Positions 25,907 through 34,357 of a stretch of DNA of 34,357 nt are shown in pieces. A program made the position numbers and the translations under genes. Positions within the stretch are counted from its first letter, which is position 1. Each line of letters begins with the position of its first letter. The DNA comes from Bacteroidota bacterium (lineage in GTDB: Bacteria; Bacteroidota; Bacteroidia; J057; JADKCL01). The DNA lies in contig JBJOPY010000089.1 in NCBI GenBank assembly GCA_046050405.1, forward strand, positions 1-34,357. The letters are read 5' to 3'. Below the pieces are notes generated by a model, which had not been told where the DNA came from, searched no databases, and saw only the letters and a list, made by a program, of their open reading frames with translations.

Positions 25907-27028
25907 TCACCATTGCCTGACCTTGATCCCGGCCTCCTCGAAGAACACCATTGCATCGAGGTCGACCAGTCCTTGGTCGCAGGCGATTTCAGATATCCTG
26001 CCCCCGAGCTTGGCACGGATGCGTTTATAGAGCTTGCGGTTGCTCGTCCAATACGCAAATCGATTGAACAAGGGATTCTTTCTCCCAAGCGCCTTGGCAT
26101 CCTCGCGATGGCGGACGACATCTTGGGAGGCAATAATCGCCCTGCGCCCCTTCTCAGGGGAGTCGATGATCTCAGGAAGCAAGTCAAACAGTACGCTGAG
26201 CCCTTGAGGATTCAGCAGCAGCAGTTGGGGCTTGATGTCCAGGTAACCCGCACCCTTTAAACTCTGATCGGGTCTGATCCACCATGAGATGCGATTCCTG
26301 ACGGCTGCAAAACCAAATGACCGCCATAACAATCTGTCCGGCGTAATTGCACTGATGAAGCTTTTCACCTGGGAGGTCAAGAGAGATTTCTCAGCCGATT
26401 CTACCGCATCCATCCACTGCTCGATACTCATGGGGGTAGCTTTCCCGTCCGGATCCAGCAATATGGCATACATGTCTTGCGGCAATACGGCTCCTTTCGT
26501 CATTTTGAGAGCATTCGCCTCCTCCCGCCAAGCAGACTTTCCAAGAGTGACGACACGGTCGTACGTGACGATTTTCTCTGGATGCAAGGCGTCCACCTCG
26601 TCCTCACCGATGATCACTCCCAGCAAGTCCTGCTTCATTCCTTGGAATTGCCCATAATCCAGAAACTGCGCAGCACTGTCTGCAAAGAGCAGACTGAAGT
26701 GGTAGCGGCGGTGCAGGGACTGGATATCTTCTTCCGTGAAGGAGTGCGGAATTGTAACATTCACAGCCCCGAGGAACTGCAGGGCGATGTTCATGACATG
26801 ATAACGCAACCCAGGTTTTGCAATCAATGCGACATTATCACCTTTTCGCAAGCCCCGGCTCATCAAGTAGGCTGCCGCACAGTGCGCCTGGGCATGAACA
26901 TCTTTAAAGGAGGAGGGGTGGTACTTGCCGGATGCCCATTCATTCATGCAAGGTAGTTCGGCGTTTTGTTCAGGCAGCAACCGTTCCAGAAACCGCCTTA
27001 TCGTGGGTGATTGCGCTTCTAAGACCAT
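25907..27028 (-). CDS. AMP-binding-fold protein, degenerate and truncated long-chain acyl-CoA synthetase homologue
   Basis: 'AAAYLMSRGLRKGDNVALIA...LGAVNVTI' and 'KLYKRIRAKLGGRI...VFFEEAGIKV' match FadD-type ligases, but YTSGTTG and GYGxTE are absent; 373 aa. Confidence 0.7.
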   Translation of the reverse strand: MVLEAQSPTIRRFLERLLPEQNAELPCMNEWASGKYHPSSFKDVHAQAHCAAAYLMSRGLRKGDNVALIAKPGLRYHVMNIALQFLGAVNVTIPHSFTEEDIQSLHRRYHFSLLFADSAAQFLDYGQFQGMKQDLLGVIIGEDEVDALHPEKIVTYDRVVTLGKSAWREEANALKMTKGAVLPQDMYAILLDPDGKATPMSIEQWMDAVESAEKSLLTSQVKSFISAITPDRLLWRSFGFAAVRNRISWWIRPDQSLKGAGYLDIKPQLLLLNPQGLSVLFDLLPEIIDSPEKGRRAIIASQDVVRHREDAKALGRKNPLFNRFAYWTSNRKLYKRIRAKLGGRISEIACDQGLVDLDAMVFFEEAGIKVRQW

Positions 27029-27062
27029 TTGAATGTAGGTGTGCTATTTCCTCAGCTATTCT

Positions 27063-27090
27063 TTAATTTTACTCATGGATGCAAAATTAA
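27063..27090. promoter_or_regulatory. Face-to-face pair of -7 boxes forming an inverted repeat between divergent genes
   Basis: + strand TAATTTTA at 27064-27071; - strand TAATTTTG (perfect consensus) at 27089-27082. Confidence 0.5.
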
Positions 27091-27188
27091 TGAAAGTCTA
27101 TTCCGAATAATGGCGTATCCATGCTGGCTGGTTCGATCACCCGACATCCAGCAACATGTGACGCTCCTCAGGGTTCACTTGCTATCAA

Positions 27189-28337
27189 ATGAAGAATAGA
27201 TATCTCTTGCATGCCTTCCTTTTCCTGGTCACGGTGCTCACAACCCTGATAGCCGGGGCTGAAATGGTGACAGGAAGGGAATTGCTGTTAACGGGGACGT
27301 TGTCATGGGGCGAGCTTTGGAGAGGGATGCCGTTTTCATTTGCGTTCCTGGCCTTCCTGACCGTGCACGAATTTGGCCATTACTTCTTGGCCACGGCCCA
27401 TCGTGTCAAGTGTTCCCTGCCTTACTATATTCCGATTTTCATACCCGGCGCCCCCAATATCGGGAGTTTCGGGGCGGTGATCAGGATTCGAGAACTGCCA
27501 TCAAGCAGGAAAAAGTACTTTGATATCGGCCTAGCGGGTCCATTGGCGGGTTTTGTCGTAGCCACTGGAACTTTGATCTATGGTTTCACGCACCTCCCTC
27601 CTGTGGAGGAGTACATTTATTCCATCCATGATTACAAGTCTGTTTTCGGTGGCATCCCAAGTGAGGCCATGATGGAGAATGCACCGGGAGTCTTGCGCTT
27701 TGGGGGGAGCCTGTTCTTCGAAGGAATGAAATGGCTGTTCCGAGACGAACCGAATATGCCGCCTTCCTTTGAAATGCAACACTACCCCTTCCTGCTGGTG
27801 GGATTCCTGACGCTGTTTTTCACCGCCCTGAATCTTCTTCCCATAGGACAGCTCGACGGCGGGCATATTACCTATGGACTGTTTGGGGCGCGACGCGCCG
27901 GAGTCATCAGTCGTGTTGCTGTCTTTTGTCTGCTGCTCTTAGGAGGCATAGGGATGCTCACCATGGATGATCTTCGAATCCTCTTCTCGGGCATCGTCTG
28001 GTACGAAGCTCTCTTTCGAATTGGGACGACCTCCCTGTACCTCGTTCTGATATATTATGTGCTGCGCCGAATCTTTTCGGGACGCAGCCCATCCTGGCTC
28101 GTGCTCGGTACATCCCTCATGGCCGTGTTTCAATTTTTGGTGGGATCGACGATAGGGACGACCACCCCCGGCGTAATCTGGCTACTATATTCTTGGATGG
28201 CGGTGAGAGTGATCGGCTTGGATCACCCCACCGCACCCGATGACACTCCGCTCAGCCTTCCTCAGAAGCTGCTTGGCTGGTCGGCCGTCGTGATCTTCGT
28301 GCTTTGCTTTTCCCCTAACCCAATCCATCTGACCTGA
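27189..28337 (+). CDS. Site-2 protease family (peptidase M50) membrane metalloprotease
   Basis: HEFGH, 'GSFGAVIRI', 'DIGLAGPLAGF', NLLPIGQLDGGH; many transmembrane segments. Confidence 0.93.
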   Translation: MKNRYLLHAFLFLVTVLTTLIAGAEMVTGRELLLTGTLSWGELWRGMPFSFAFLAFLTVHEFGHYFLATAHRVKCSLPYYIPIFIPGAPNIGSFGAVIRIRELPSSRKKYFDIGLAGPLAGFVVATGTLIYGFTHLPPVEEYIYSIHDYKSVFGGIPSEAMMENAPGVLRFGGSLFFEGMKWLFRDEPNMPPSFEMQHYPFLLVGFLTLFFTALNLLPIGQLDGGHITYGLFGARRAGVISRVAVFCLLLLGGIGMLTMDDLRILFSGIVWYEALFRIGTTSLYLVLIYYVLRRIFSGRSPSWLVLGTSLMAVFQFLVGSTIGTTTPGVIWLLYSWMAVRVIGLDHPTAPDDTPLSLPQKLLGWSAVVIFVLCFSPNPIHLT

Positions 28338-28688
28338 TCGCATGGCGCCCCAGCGTCATTCACGCTCCGGTGGGGAGTGTGTTGATTTATTGATCGCGAG
28401 GGTAGCCTGCGATCAGGCAAGTTTCTTGTCGCGCCCGGATGACGCGAACTCAGGAATAATGCCGAAATGTGTGGCTTCTGGGATCCATTCCTCATGATGC
28501 CGTTCAGGGTATTCAGGCTCCGTTCACCAAATCCAAAACTGCTTTACATTTCACTTTTGCAAGTGTAAGGAACGGTGAAAATATCATTCGTTTCCTATCA
28601 ACAGGTCAAGCGTCTAAAAAACAGACGGTTAAATTTTATCCGCCGTTTTTTGTTGAAAAGTCCGTCTTCGAATTTGCCGCCGACTGCT

Positions 28689-28696
28689 TAAACTTG
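28689..28696 (+). promoter_or_regulatory. Candidate -7 promoter box (TAAACTTG) for nrdB-nrdA
   Basis: Same octamer as upstream of ileS; would give a leader of roughly 160 nt. Confidence 0.35.
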
Positions 28697-28861
28697 TAAG
28701 ATGTTCGCTTCATTCTCTTCAAAAACGAAGGTGATGGCGATCAAGTTTAGTGACTGCCTTCCGCTGATCAAAGTCATTTTCTGGGAAGGTGCTCCGCCTA
28801 GGCTTGAGGATTCGACCACAGAAATATATATGTAAGATCTAATTAATCTCCCGAAAATAGA

Positions 28862-29824
28862 ATGGAACCACTTCTCACTGAAAACAAGGATCGGTTTGTG
28901 TTATTTCCCATCAAACACAACGAAATCTGGACGATGTACAAGCAAGCGGAAGCAAGCTTCTGGACCGCCGAGGAGATAGATCTCGCCCCCGATCTTGCCG
29001 ATTGGGTGAAACTCGATGACAACGAACGCCATTTCATCAAGCATGTCCTGGCGTTCTTTGCGGCAAGCGACGGCATCGTCAACGAAAATCTTGCGGAGCG
29101 CTTCCTCCACGAGGTTCAAGTGCCGGAAGCCAGGTGCTTCTATGGTTTTCAGATCGCCATTGAAAATATCCACTCCGAAACCTACAGCCTCCTGATAGAC
29201 ACGTACATCAAGGATGCAAAGGAAAAGGACATGCTGTTTCACGCATTGGAAAACGTCCCTTGTGTGGCCAAGAAAGCCCAGTGGGCGCTGCGATGGATCG
29301 GAAGCCAGGCAAGTTTCGCGGAGCGCCTTGTCGCCTTTGCCGCAGTGGAGGGAATTTTCTTCAGCGGTAGCTTCTGCTCCATTTTTTGGCTTAAGAAACG
29401 GGGCTTGATGCCCGGACTCACCTTCAGCAATGAGCTGATCAGCCGAGACGAAGGCCTACACTGCGACTTTGCATGTTTGCTATACAGCATGCTGGAGGAG
29501 AAGCTGGAGGAATGGCGCATCCGTGAGCTGATCGTGGAAGCGGTGGCCATCGAAAAGGAATTCATCATTGATGCACTCCCGGTGTCACTGATCGGAATGA
29601 ATGCCTCCCTCATGAGTCAATACATTGAGTTTGTAGCCGACCGCCTGCTCGTCGCGCTCGGTTACAGCAAAGCTTATGGAACTTCCAACCCGTTTGACTT
29701 CATGGATTTGATATCGCTGCAAGGCAAGACCAATTTCTTCGAGAAGCGCGTAGCCGAGTACCAGAAGGCGGGAGTCATGAGCAATAAGGAAAACCATGTC
29801 TTCAAGCTGGATGAAGATTTCTGA
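28862..29824 (+). CDS. nrdB: Ribonucleotide-diphosphate reductase class Ia beta subunit (eukaryote-like subclass)
   Basis: [31 protein letters not shown] (radical Tyr), [26 protein letters not shown]; ends LDEDF. Confidence 0.97.
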   Translation: MEPLLTENKDRFVLFPIKHNEIWTMYKQAEASFWTAEEIDLAPDLADWVKLDDNERHFIKHVLAFFAASDGIVNENLAERFLHEVQVPEARCFYGFQIAIENIHSETYSLLIDTYIKDAKEKDMLFHALENVPCVAKKAQWALRWIGSQASFAERLVAFAAVEGIFFSGSFCSIFWLKKRGLMPGLTFSNELISRDEGLHCDFACLLYSMLEEKLEEWRIRELIVEAVAIEKEFIIDALPVSLIGMNASLMSQYIEFVADRLLVALGYSKAYGTSNPFDFMDLISLQGKTNFFEKRVAEYQKAGVMSNKENHVFKLDEDF

Positions 29825-29877
29825 ACCAAGTCGTTGAATCTATTGTTATTCGTCTCTCGTATTACAATTCGAACACC

Positions 29878-32238
29878 ATGTACGTAAAGAAAAGAAGTGG
29901 AAAGAAAGAGGCAGTGAAGTTTGACAAGATCACTGCCCGTGTGAAGAAGCTGGTCTATGGCTTGGACATGGCCTACGTGGATCCGGTCACGGTGACCAAA
30001 AAGGTCATCGATGGTGTTTATGATGGTGTGGAAACCACCCAGATAGACAACCTCGCTGCCGAGACAGCAGCCTCGATGACCACGAAGCACCCTGACTATG
30101 CAGTCTTGGCTGCGAGGATCGCGATATCCAACTTGCATAAAGAAACTGACAAGTCTTTCTCAGCGACGATAGAAAAGCTCTATCACTATAAAGATCCCAA
30201 GACAGGTGAGCCTGCTGGATTGGTCGGCGAGGAAACCTATAGGATCGTCATGGAAAATGCCGACCTGCTGGACAGCACCATTATCTATGACCGCGATTAC
30301 AACTTCGACTATTTCGGCTTCAAGACGCTAGAACGCAGCTATCTCCTGAAAATGGAAGGACAAGTCGTGGAGCGGCCCCAGCACATGCTAATGCGTGTAT
30401 CTGTCGGCATACACGGACGCGACCTTGATGCGGCCATCGAGACCTACCACCTTATGAGCGAGAAGTGGTTCATTCACGCCACTCCGACACTGTTCAATGC
30501 CGGCACCCCCAAGCCGCAACTCTCTTCCTGCTTCTTGCTGACCATGCAGAGCGACAGCATCCCTGGCATTTTTGGAACGCTGAAGCAATGCGCTGAGATT
30601 TCCCAAAGTGCAGGCGGGATAGGCTTGAGCATTCAAGGAATCCGCGCAACAGGTTCCTACATCAAAGGCACCAACGGCACCAGCAACGGCATCGTGCCGA
30701 TGCTCCGTGTATTCAATGACACAGCCCGATATGTGGACCAAGGCGGTGGGAAGCGCAAAGGAGCCTTTGCCATTTACCTGGAGCCCTGGCATGCGGATGT
30801 GTTCGAGTTCCTCGACCTGAAGAAAAACCACGGCAAGGAGGAGAACCGTGCCCGTGACTTGTTTTATGCGCTTTGGATCCCAGACCTTTTCATGAAGCGC
30901 GTGAAAGAAGGTGGAGAGTGGTCGCTCTTCTGTCCGAATGAGGCACCTGGATTGTGTGATTGCTGGGGAGCGGAGTTCGAGGCACTCTATCACAAGTACG
31001 AATCCGAGGGTCGCGCCCGCAAGGTGATCAAGGCGCAAGAGCTCTGGTTCAAGATCGTGGAGAGCCAGATCGAGACCGGAACACCTTACATGCTCTATAA
31101 GGACGCCTGCAATGGCAAGAGCAACCAGCAGAACCTCGGAACCATCCGGAGCAGCAATCTCTGCACGGAAGTGATAGAATACACTGCGCCCGATGAGGTG
31201 GCAGTTTGCAATCTGGCAAGCTTGGCTTTGAATCAATTCGTGAAAGATGGCAAGTTTGATCATGACCGCCTCTATCAAATCACCAAGGTGGTGACGAGGA
31301 ACCTCAACAAGGTGATCGATGTGAACTATTATCCTGTGCCTGAGGCCAAGAAGAGCAACCTTCGCCACCGTCCGATCGGTATCGGTGTGCAAGGCTTGGC
31401 AGATGCCCTGATCTTGATGCGCCTGCCTTTCGAGAGCGAGGAGGCACGAACCTTGAACCGTGAAATCTTCGAGACGATCTATTTCGGGGCGGTAGAGGCA
31501 TCCATGGAGCTCGCCGAGCGCTTCGGCACCTACGAGTCCTATGAAGGGTCGCCGGCGAGCAAGGGGATTTTGCAATTTGACATGTGGGGCGTGGAGCCGA
31601 GCCTTCGCTGGGACTGGTACACGCTCAAGGCCAAGGTACAAAAGCATGGATTGCGCAACAGCCTCCTGGTCGCACCCATGCCCACGGCTAGTACTTCCCA
31701 AATCCTGGGCAACAATGAGTGCTTCGAGCCCTATACCAGCAACATCTACAGTCGCCGGGTGTTGAGCGGAGAATTCGTGGTCGTGAACAAACATTTGCTG
31801 AAAGACCTGATCGCCCTGAAGCTATGGGATGACAACATGAAGAACCGGCTTCTCGCTGCCAATGGTTCGATCCAAGGCTTCGAGGAGATTCCGCAGCACA
31901 TCCGCGACCTGTACAAGACCGCTTGGGAGATCAAGCAAAAGACCATTGTGGACATGGCCGCAGACAGGGGTGCATTCATTTGCCAGAGCCAGAGCATGAA
32001 CATCTTCATGCAGGAAGCCAACTACGGGAAACTCACCTCGATGCATTTCCATGCCTGGGAAAAAGGATTGAAGACTGGCATGTACTATCTGCGTACCAAA
32101 TCAGCAGCCGATGCGATCAAGTTCACCGTAGATGCTGAAATGATGCGTGACAACAAGGAAAAAAGCCGCGAGACAGCCCTTGAGGAAATCAGCTGTTCGC
32201 TGGAGAACCCGGACGAGTGCTTGGTCTGCAGCGCCTGA
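29878..32238 (+). CDS. nrdA: Ribonucleoside-diphosphate reductase class Ia alpha subunit with ATP cone
   Basis: ATP cone '[18 protein letters not shown]', [32 protein letters not shown]-terminal CLVC. Confidence 0.98.
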   Translation: MYVKKRSGKKEAVKFDKITARVKKLVYGLDMAYVDPVTVTKKVIDGVYDGVETTQIDNLAAETAASMTTKHPDYAVLAARIAISNLHKETDKSFSATIEKLYHYKDPKTGEPAGLVGEETYRIVMENADLLDSTIIYDRDYNFDYFGFKTLERSYLLKMEGQVVERPQHMLMRVSVGIHGRDLDAAIETYHLMSEKWFIHATPTLFNAGTPKPQLSSCFLLTMQSDSIPGIFGTLKQCAEISQSAGGIGLSIQGIRATGSYIKGTNGTSNGIVPMLRVFNDTARYVDQGGGKRKGAFAIYLEPWHADVFEFLDLKKNHGKEENRARDLFYALWIPDLFMKRVKEGGEWSLFCPNEAPGLCDCWGAEFEALYHKYESEGRARKVIKAQELWFKIVESQIETGTPYMLYKDACNGKSNQQNLGTIRSSNLCTEVIEYTAPDEVAVCNLASLALNQFVKDGKFDHDRLYQITKVVTRNLNKVIDVNYYPVPEAKKSNLRHRPIGIGVQGLADALILMRLPFESEEARTLNREIFETIYFGAVEASMELAERFGTYESYEGSPASKGILQFDMWGVEPSLRWDWYTLKAKVQKHGLRNSLLVAPMPTASTSQILGNNECFEPYTSNIYSRRVLSGEFVVVNKHLLKDLIALKLWDDNMKNRLLAANGSIQGFEEIPQHIRDLYKTAWEIKQKTIVDMAADRGAFICQSQSMNIFMQEANYGKLTSMHFHAWEKGLKTGMYYLRTKSAADAIKFTVDAEMMRDNKEKSRETALEEISCSLENPDECLVCSA

Positions 32239-32264
32239 CGCCAGATTCCACCTTGATCGATCAG

Positions 32265-32308
32265 AGTGCCTCCCAGTCGCGAATCCGTAACTGGGAGGCA
32301 CTTGTTTC
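32265..32308 (+). terminator. Intrinsic terminator of nrdBA
   Basis: 13-bp perfect stem AGTGCCTCCCAGT(32265-77)/ACTGGGAGGCACT(32290-302) followed by TGTTTC. Confidence 0.75.
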
Positions 32309-32485
32309 ATCCTCTTCAATCCCTAACGGCTTGGATGGATTCAACGAACCTAGGCAACATCGCATTCAATTTCAGCTTGTTCTGATTGGGATCGGATATT
32401 GGGAAGGCAATCGGGGGGCAATAAAGGCCATGCACACGGCAGGGTTGTCTTTCTATCATTTGGTGGATGTCTTTAAATTGGACTC

Positions 32486-34336
32486 GTGAAATTCAGGCTA
32501 GGAATGACTGCCATCCTTTTTCTAACCGGGATCCAGTTGCATCTGAGGCTACAAGAATTGCATGCACAGACTTTTACGGGAACTGGCGGCGACATCAAGG
32601 ACAATGGGGAGGCAAACACCTACTCGCTGAAGATATCCGGCCTCCCGAAAGCGATCGGCCGGGATTTTGGCCTGGAGAAAGTCTGTGTGGACATACAGCA
32701 CCCCTGGGATGAAGACGTAAGCATTTTCCTTGTGGCACCGGACGGACGGGTAGGAGATCTGTTTCGGCGGAATGGCGACAGCGAAGACGACATTACAGAC
32801 TGCTGCCTCACGCAGAAGGCATCGGTCAGTGCCAATAGCGGTCATGCTCCATTCACCGGCGATTTCTTGCCGGAGGTTTCATTTGGCGGTCTCAACAACG
32901 GACAGGATCCAAATGGGACCTGGAAGCTTGTCATCATTGATACCGAGCCTGGAAATGAGAGCGGGAAACTCCTCCGTTGGAAGCTTGTCTTCAGCAAGGA
33001 GCCAGCAACGCCCTACATGATTGCAGAATCCAAACTCCCGATTGTGATGATCAATAGTCTCGGGCAGGTGGTCAGAGACGAGCCGAAGACCAAGGTGCGC
33101 TTCGGCATCATTGACAATGGCCCAGGCAAGGAGAACCATCCCTCGGATCCTTTTAACGCTTACGACGGCTACGTCGGAATGGAGTTCAGGGGCAAGAGTT
33201 CACAACGGCATTCGAAGCTTTCCTTTGCGATACAAACCAGGGACTCCTCGGGGGAAAAGGCCAAAGAGGCTGCCTTTCTGGGTTTTCCCAAGGAAACGGA
33301 CTTCGTGCTGCTTGCAAATTTCCCGGACAAGTCATTGGTCAGGAACTACCTGACACACGTGATCTACGGTGAGATGGGGCACTATTCACCACGTGTCAGA
33401 TTTGTGGATGTCGTCATGGATGGGGAGTACCGAGGAGTATATCTGCTGGGGGAAAAGATCAAGCGGGGCAAGAACCGCGTGGACATAGCAAGGCTCGATT
33501 CCGATGACAACGCGGGCGACAGCCTCACCGGCGGATACATCGTCAAGAATGACTGGGAGCAGGGCAGTCTTAACGATGGCTGGGAGTCCAGGTTCACCCC
33601 GATGGAAAGCTCAGAACCCTTGTATTGGATGCTTCACTGCCCTGAACCTGACAAGATCACCGAGGCGCAGAGAGAGTATATCCATGCCTACGTGGACAGC
33701 TTCGAATTGGCCTGCGACAGGGGTCTCACGGACGATGTGAACGGGTATCCGCATTTCATAGATGTGCAGAGCTTTCTGGATATGTTCATCATGGTGGAGC
33801 TTGCCAAGAATGTGGATGGCTACTGGGTCAGCTCCTTTTATTTCAAGGATCGAAACAGCAAGGGGGGGAAACTCACGGCCGGTCCGATATGGGACTATGA
33901 CCTGGGCTACGGGAATTTTGAATATTACTATGGCTATGCACCCAATGGATGGCATTGGGAAGAATATGGAACCACATCGGACCACATCCCTCAATGGTGG
34001 GGCTTCCTCGCCAGGGATCCCAAGTTCCAGGACCAATTGCGGTGCAGATGGAATGCGCTCCGAAAGACCGTGCTGTCGAAGGAGCATCTTTTTGCCCTGA
34101 TCGATGGAGCTGTCGCCCAGATCGATGGGTCACAAGGCCACAATTTCCAAGTCTGGAAAGCGCTGGGGCAATATACCTGGCCGAATGCAAAGCCCTACGA
34201 GAGAACCCATGCCGGAGAGGCCAAGCCTGCCAGGATACCTCCGCCGTATCCATCTGCGGATTCCTTGCCATCGCATCCGTCACCTTTTTCGCATCGTATT
34301 CCAATACATGGAGGATGGGTGCCATGTCAGGCATGA
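32486..34336 (+). CDS. Secreted CotH-family kinase with N-terminal proprotein convertase P-domain; C-terminus apparently aberrant
   Basis: Signal peptide ends LHA|Q; P-domain (VCVDIQHPWDEDVSIFLVAPDG...NGTWKLVIID); CotH motifs RGKSS, DFVLLANFPDKSLVRN, YRGVYLLGEKI, NVDGY, GPIWDYDLGYGN. Confidence 0.88.
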   Translation: MKFRLGMTAILFLTGIQLHLRLQELHAQTFTGTGGDIKDNGEANTYSLKISGLPKAIGRDFGLEKVCVDIQHPWDEDVSIFLVAPDGRVGDLFRRNGDSEDDITDCCLTQKASVSANSGHAPFTGDFLPEVSFGGLNNGQDPNGTWKLVIIDTEPGNESGKLLRWKLVFSKEPATPYMIAESKLPIVMINSLGQVVRDEPKTKVRFGIIDNGPGKENHPSDPFNAYDGYVGMEFRGKSSQRHSKLSFAIQTRDSSGEKAKEAAFLGFPKETDFVLLANFPDKSLVRNYLTHVIYGEMGHYSPRVRFVDVVMDGEYRGVYLLGEKIKRGKNRVDIARLDSDDNAGDSLTGGYIVKNDWEQGSLNDGWESRFTPMESSEPLYWMLHCPEPDKITEAQREYIHAYVDSFELACDRGLTDDVNGYPHFIDVQSFLDMFIMVELAKNVDGYWVSSFYFKDRNSKGGKLTAGPIWDYDLGYGNFEYYYGYAPNGWHWEEYGTTSDHIPQWWGFLARDPKFQDQLRCRWNALRKTVLSKEHLFALIDGAVAQIDGSQGHNFQVWKALGQYTWPNAKPYERTHAGEAKPARIPPPYPSADSLPSHPSPFSHRIPIHGGWVPCQA

Positions 34337-34357
34337 ACAGTGCGGGTTCGCCGGAGT
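34220..34357 (-). other. Coding-like fragment entering from the right edge on the minus strand and overlapping the CotH tail
   Basis: Open frame ...SGEPALFMPDMAPILHVLEYDAKKVTDAMARNPQMDTAEVSWQAW looks protein-like, whereas all three + frames here look like antisense shadows. Confidence 0.45.

Noticed and set aside
28565-28800. Cobalamin riboswitch upstream of nrdB (AAGGAACGGTGAAAAT and CTGGGAAGG fragments)
   Set aside because: Lacks the GGGAA...AATCC core, the CCCGCnACTGT element and the B12 box; the fragments are too far apart and incomplete.
28815-28835. NrdR-box-like ACAGAAATATATATGT
   Set aside because: Poor palindrome, single copy and AT-rich context; not distinguishable from chance.
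30388-31794. 468-aa minus-strand ORF
   Set aside because: Antisense shadow of nrdA, expected from GC-biased codon usage.
28862-32238. Eukaryote-like nrdB-nrdA as horizontal transfer from a eukaryote or virus
   Set aside because: This subclass and gene order are common in Bacteroidota, and there are no mobility signs.

Overview
Chromosomal, mostly housekeeping region of a Bacteroidota bacterium. Supporting signs are the ileS-dksA-like-lspA order, DUF5686 and PorE-like OmpA proteins, A-rich start contexts mostly without Shine-Dalgarno sites, signal peptides ending in A|Q, and TAnnTTTG-like -7 boxes. Genes in order: partial RND efflux adaptor, lipoprotein, ettA, DUF5686 outer-membrane protein, two candidate small ORFs, TPR/PD40/OmpA protein with a 75-bp tandem-repeat tail, a stand-alone deoxyribohydrolase-like plus 'TRAF-binding' TPR (DUF4071/ASK1-like) protein, DinB, polyprenyl synthase, ileS, DksA-like, lspA, nuoF-sucA-sucB, a conserved hypothetical, pruA, a degenerate acyl-CoA-synthetase-like protein, site-2 protease, nrdB-nrdA and a P-domain/CotH kinase. 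I saw no tRNA, rRNA, CRISPR array, transposase or integrase. The best leads are: (1) the ASK1-like DRHyd-TPR gene as a possible single-gene conflict/defence system; (2) an orphan nuoF heading an apparent operon with sucAB; (3) an AMP-binding pseudoenzyme missing both core adenylation motifs; (4) a structured ileS leader; and (5) an apparent junction at about 34220 where the CotH gene runs into an oppositely oriented coding fragment. All family assignments come from motif recognition by eye; no searches were run.
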